A stretch of DNA of 18,027 nucleotides, from positions 1 through 18,027 of the forward strand of contig CAWAWS010000045.1 of the NCBI GenBank assembly GCA_963785725.1, read 5' to 3'. Made by a program: the position numbers and the translations under genes. This document shows positions 15,682 through 18,027 of the stretch, one piece after another (within the stretch, counting starts at the first letter, position 1; each line of letters starts with the position of its first letter). The notes under the pieces were generated by a model. That model saw only the letters and a program-made list of their open reading frames with translations. It was not told where the DNA came from and made no database searches. This stretch comes from an uncultured delta proteobacterium (GTDB lineage Bacteria; Myxococcota_A; Polyangia; Palsa-1104).

Positions 15682-16650
15682 ATGAAGACGCTCGTGTGCG
15701 GCGGTGCCGGTTACATCGGGGCGCATATGTGCCGGCTTTTGGCCGCCCACGGCCACCAGGTGACGGTGCTGGATGACCTCTCCACCGGCCATGAGGCCGC
15801 CGTGCGCTGGGGGCCTTTGCGGATTGCCGATCTCTGCGACGCCGACGACCTCGCCCGGGCGTTCGACGAGATCCAACCGGACTGCGTGCTGCACTTCGCC
15901 GCCAAATCCATCGTCCCCGAATCGCAGCGCCGTCCGGCCGAGTACTACCGCAACAATGTGCTGGGCTCCTACCACCTGCTCGAGCAGGTGCGCCGGGTCG
16001 GCGCAGGGATCATATTTTCGTCCACGGCTGCGGTTTACGGTCTCCCGCAGACCCCCCGGCTGCTGGAAACCCACCCGCTGAATCCGATCAATGCCTATGG
16101 CCGCACCAAGCTCGCCATCGAGCATCTGCTGCAGGACTACTGGAACGCCTACGCGCTGCCCTCGGTCAGCTTCCGCTACTTCAATGCCGCCGGCGCAGAA
16201 CCCGAGGCCAGCATTGGGGAGGGGCACGAGCCGGAAACGCATTTGATTCCGCGGCTGCTGGAGTCCGCGCTGGGGCGGCTGCCGACGATTGCCGTGTACG
16301 GCGACGACTACGCCACGCCCGATGGCACCTGCGTGCGCGATTACATCCATGTCGATGACATCTGCGAGGCCCACCTCGCCGGGATGAGCCTGCTCGGCGC
16401 ACAACCGGGGGCACATCGCTTCAATCTCGGAAACGGCGATGGCTACTCGGTGCTCGAGGTGGTCGAAACCACCCGCCGGGTGATCGGCCGGGCCATCGAG
16501 GTGATCCGCGCAGAGCGGCGCCCCGGCGACCCCGATCGCCTGGTGGCGGACGCCACGGCGGCCCGTCAGAGCCTGGGATGGACCCCGCGCAATGCCCTCG
16601 ACGCAATCATTGCCTCAGCCTGGCGCTGGCATCAGCAGCGCCGATTCTGA
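15682..16650 (+). CDS. galE: UDP-glucose 4-epimerase
   Basis: MKTLVCGGAGYIG, DDLSTGH, HFAAKSIVPES, FSSTAAVYG, YGRTK (YxxxK), FRYFNAAGA, GEGHEPETHLIP, TPDGTCVRDYIHV, RRPGDP. Confidence 0.95.
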   Translation: MKTLVCGGAGYIGAHMCRLLAAHGHQVTVLDDLSTGHEAAVRWGPLRIADLCDADDLARAFDEIQPDCVLHFAAKSIVPESQRRPAEYYRNNVLGSYHLLEQVRRVGAGIIFSSTAAVYGLPQTPRLLETHPLNPINAYGRTKLAIEHLLQDYWNAYALPSVSFRYFNAAGAEPEASIGEGHEPETHLIPRLLESALGRLPTIAVYGDDYATPDGTCVRDYIHVDDICEAHLAGMSLLGAQPGAHRFNLGNGDGYSVLEVVETTRRVIGRAIEVIRAERRPGDPDRLVADATAARQSLGWTPRNALDAIIASAWRWHQQRRF

Positions 16651-16669
16651 GCGAGGTTTGCCGCCCGGT

Positions 16670-17482
16670 TTAGTGGGCGCCGGCCTGGGTGAGGACGACG
16701 TAGACCGTGCGCAGCAGGATGCGGATGTCGAGCTTCGCGCAGCGGTTGCGGACGTAGAAGACGTCCAGGGCCACGCGCCGCTTGTAGTCCATGGAATTGC
16801 GGCCGGAGACCTGCCAGAGCCCGGTGATCCCGGGGCGCACGGCGTAGTACCAGCGCGCCGCGCGACCGTAGCGGGCGATCTCCGCCACCGTGACCGGGCG
16901 CGGGCCGATCAGGCTCATCTCACCGCGCAGTACGTTAAGGATCTGCGGCAGCTCATCAATGCTGCTCTTGCGCAGCAAAAGCCCAATCCAGGTCACCCGC
17001 GGGTCATTGACCAGCTTGTGGGTGCGATACCACTCCTCGCGGGCCTTCGGATCGCGCTCGAGCAGTTCGTTCAGCACGCGATCCGCGTTCGGCACCATGG
17101 TGCAGAACTTGAAGCAGGGGAAGGTCTTGCCATTGCGCCCAAGTCGCTGATGGCGAAAGACAATTCCGCTGCCTTGGAGCATCAGGATGGCGGACACCGC
17201 AAGCATCACCGGCGCGAAGGCGATCAGCGCGAAGACGGCGCCGATAAAGTCCACCAGGCGTTTGCCATCAAAGGAGATGGCATGCGTGGCGGGCGCCGAG
17301 GGGCGCCGCGATGGAAGTTCGACGGGCCACGGCCCGACCGAGGCGCTGGTGTGTTGCGCGTCGGTGTAAAAGCGCTCTTGCTTCAAGCGAGCGCTCGCAA
17401 TTGTAGAGACAGCGATGTCACCCCAGGGCCCCCAATCTGACGGCGAGTCTGGAGTCGCCGTTTCCGCATACTCAAATACCAT
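16670..17482 (-). CDS. Priming phosphoglycosyltransferase (bacterial sugar transferase; WbaP C-terminal domain / ExoY-like)
   Basis: KRLVD, one hydrophobic helix, RLGRNGKTF-x-CFKF-x-TM, EW-x-x-x-HKL-x-NDPRVT, RKSSIDELPQILNVLRGEMSLIGPRP, RPGITGLWQVSGRN. Start uncertain (ATG 17482 or TTG 17494). Confidence 0.92.
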   Translation of the reverse strand: MVFEYAETATPDSPSDWGPWGDIAVSTIASARLKQERFYTDAQHTSASVGPWPVELPSRRPSAPATHAISFDGKRLVDFIGAVFALIAFAPVMLAVSAILMLQGSGIVFRHQRLGRNGKTFPCFKFCTMVPNADRVLNELLERDPKAREEWYRTHKLVNDPRVTWIGLLLRKSSIDELPQILNVLRGEMSLIGPRPVTVAEIARYGRAARWYYAVRPGITGLWQVSGRNSMDYKRRVALDVFYVRNRCAKLDIRILLRTVYVVLTQAGAH

Positions 17483-17907
17483 CGCTTGGCCCAAACAGAT
17501 GCTGCGTTAAGACGGCCGGTGGAGCCGCGGAGATCGACGGCTCTGCCTCTCCCAAAACCCGCGGGCCCCTGAGCCCGTTGCCTGCCACTGTGTGTAACCG
17601 GAGCATTCTCTCGGGTTGCACATCCATATTCCGTTTGGCTGCCGGTACAACTCGAACATCCGCCGGCCACCGCTGCGCGGTGCGCGCCGAGTTATACCTG
17701 TTTCTCGCCCTTTTTGAGCCTGCGCTCCCGACCTCTACGGCGTCCTTCCGCGTGCTACGCTGCGCCGGCACGGACCCTCTATTTTCACCCGAACCGCCAG
17801 CCCGGTGACCCCTGAAAACGCGCCAACGGTCGTGCTGGCGATCATACTACAGCCCTCCAAAATTTCCCATTGAATCGAGGGCTTTTGCGCGGGAGTAAAC
17901 CTTAACG

Positions 17908-18027
17908 ATGCGAAGTTCCGACGCGACCGAAAACAGCCCGGCCGACGAGATTGACCTTGGGCCGCTGCTGCGATTCGTCCTGCGCAACGTACCCGGAAAC
18001 GACAATCAAGAAATTCTGCGTCGATCG
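17908..18027 (+). CDS. 5' end of a probable Wzc/Wzz-family polysaccharide chain-length determinant (partial)
   Basis: ATG 17908 downstream of GGGAG reads MRSSDATENSPADEIDLGPLLRFVLRN. DEIDL-x-x-L is the typical Wzz/Wzc N-terminal motif and the context is a polysaccharide locus. Runs off the window and is not in the ORF track. Confidence 0.55.
   Translation, partial: MRSSDATENSPADEIDLGPLLRFVLRNVPGNDNQEILRRS

Noticed and set aside
17095..17115. KFCTM instead of the usual KFRTM/KFRSM in the priming transferase
   Set aside because: It is a single substitution at a position that varies in the family, and the DELPQ and GPRP motifs are intact.

Overview
The window looks like two unrelated genomic segments joined at about 8505-8517. 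LEFT (1 to ~8510) has Myxococcota-like hallmarks (MYXO-CTERM tail, VWGS-repeat lipoprotein). It carries a c-di-GMP pair (GAF-REC-GGDEF cyclase, REC-EAL phosphodiesterase), two beta-propeller lipoproteins (one frameshifted), and an RcnR/DmeR-type repressor divergent from a CDF metal exporter across a palindromic operator. It also holds the best candidate for an undescribed system: a secreted, MYXO-CTERM-anchored protein with an N-terminal His (SCE4755 family, LPMO-like) between two SCO-family copper chaperones. Three sigma-54-like promoters precede the exported-protein genes. RIGHT (~8510-18027) is gammaproteobacterial-like: truncated metG, apbC/mrp, a catalytically degenerate beta-lactamase-fold protein, rlmKL, and the edge of a polysaccharide locus (YjbF/GfcB-like lipoprotein, YjbE/GfcA-like small protein, galE, priming phosphoglycosyltransferase, start of a Wzc/Wzz-like gene). 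The second SCO gene and metG both break at the same 13 bp with no mobile element nearby, so a chimeric read or assembly is the most likely explanation, and the halves should not be read as one locus. All family calls come from motif recognition by eye, not database searches.
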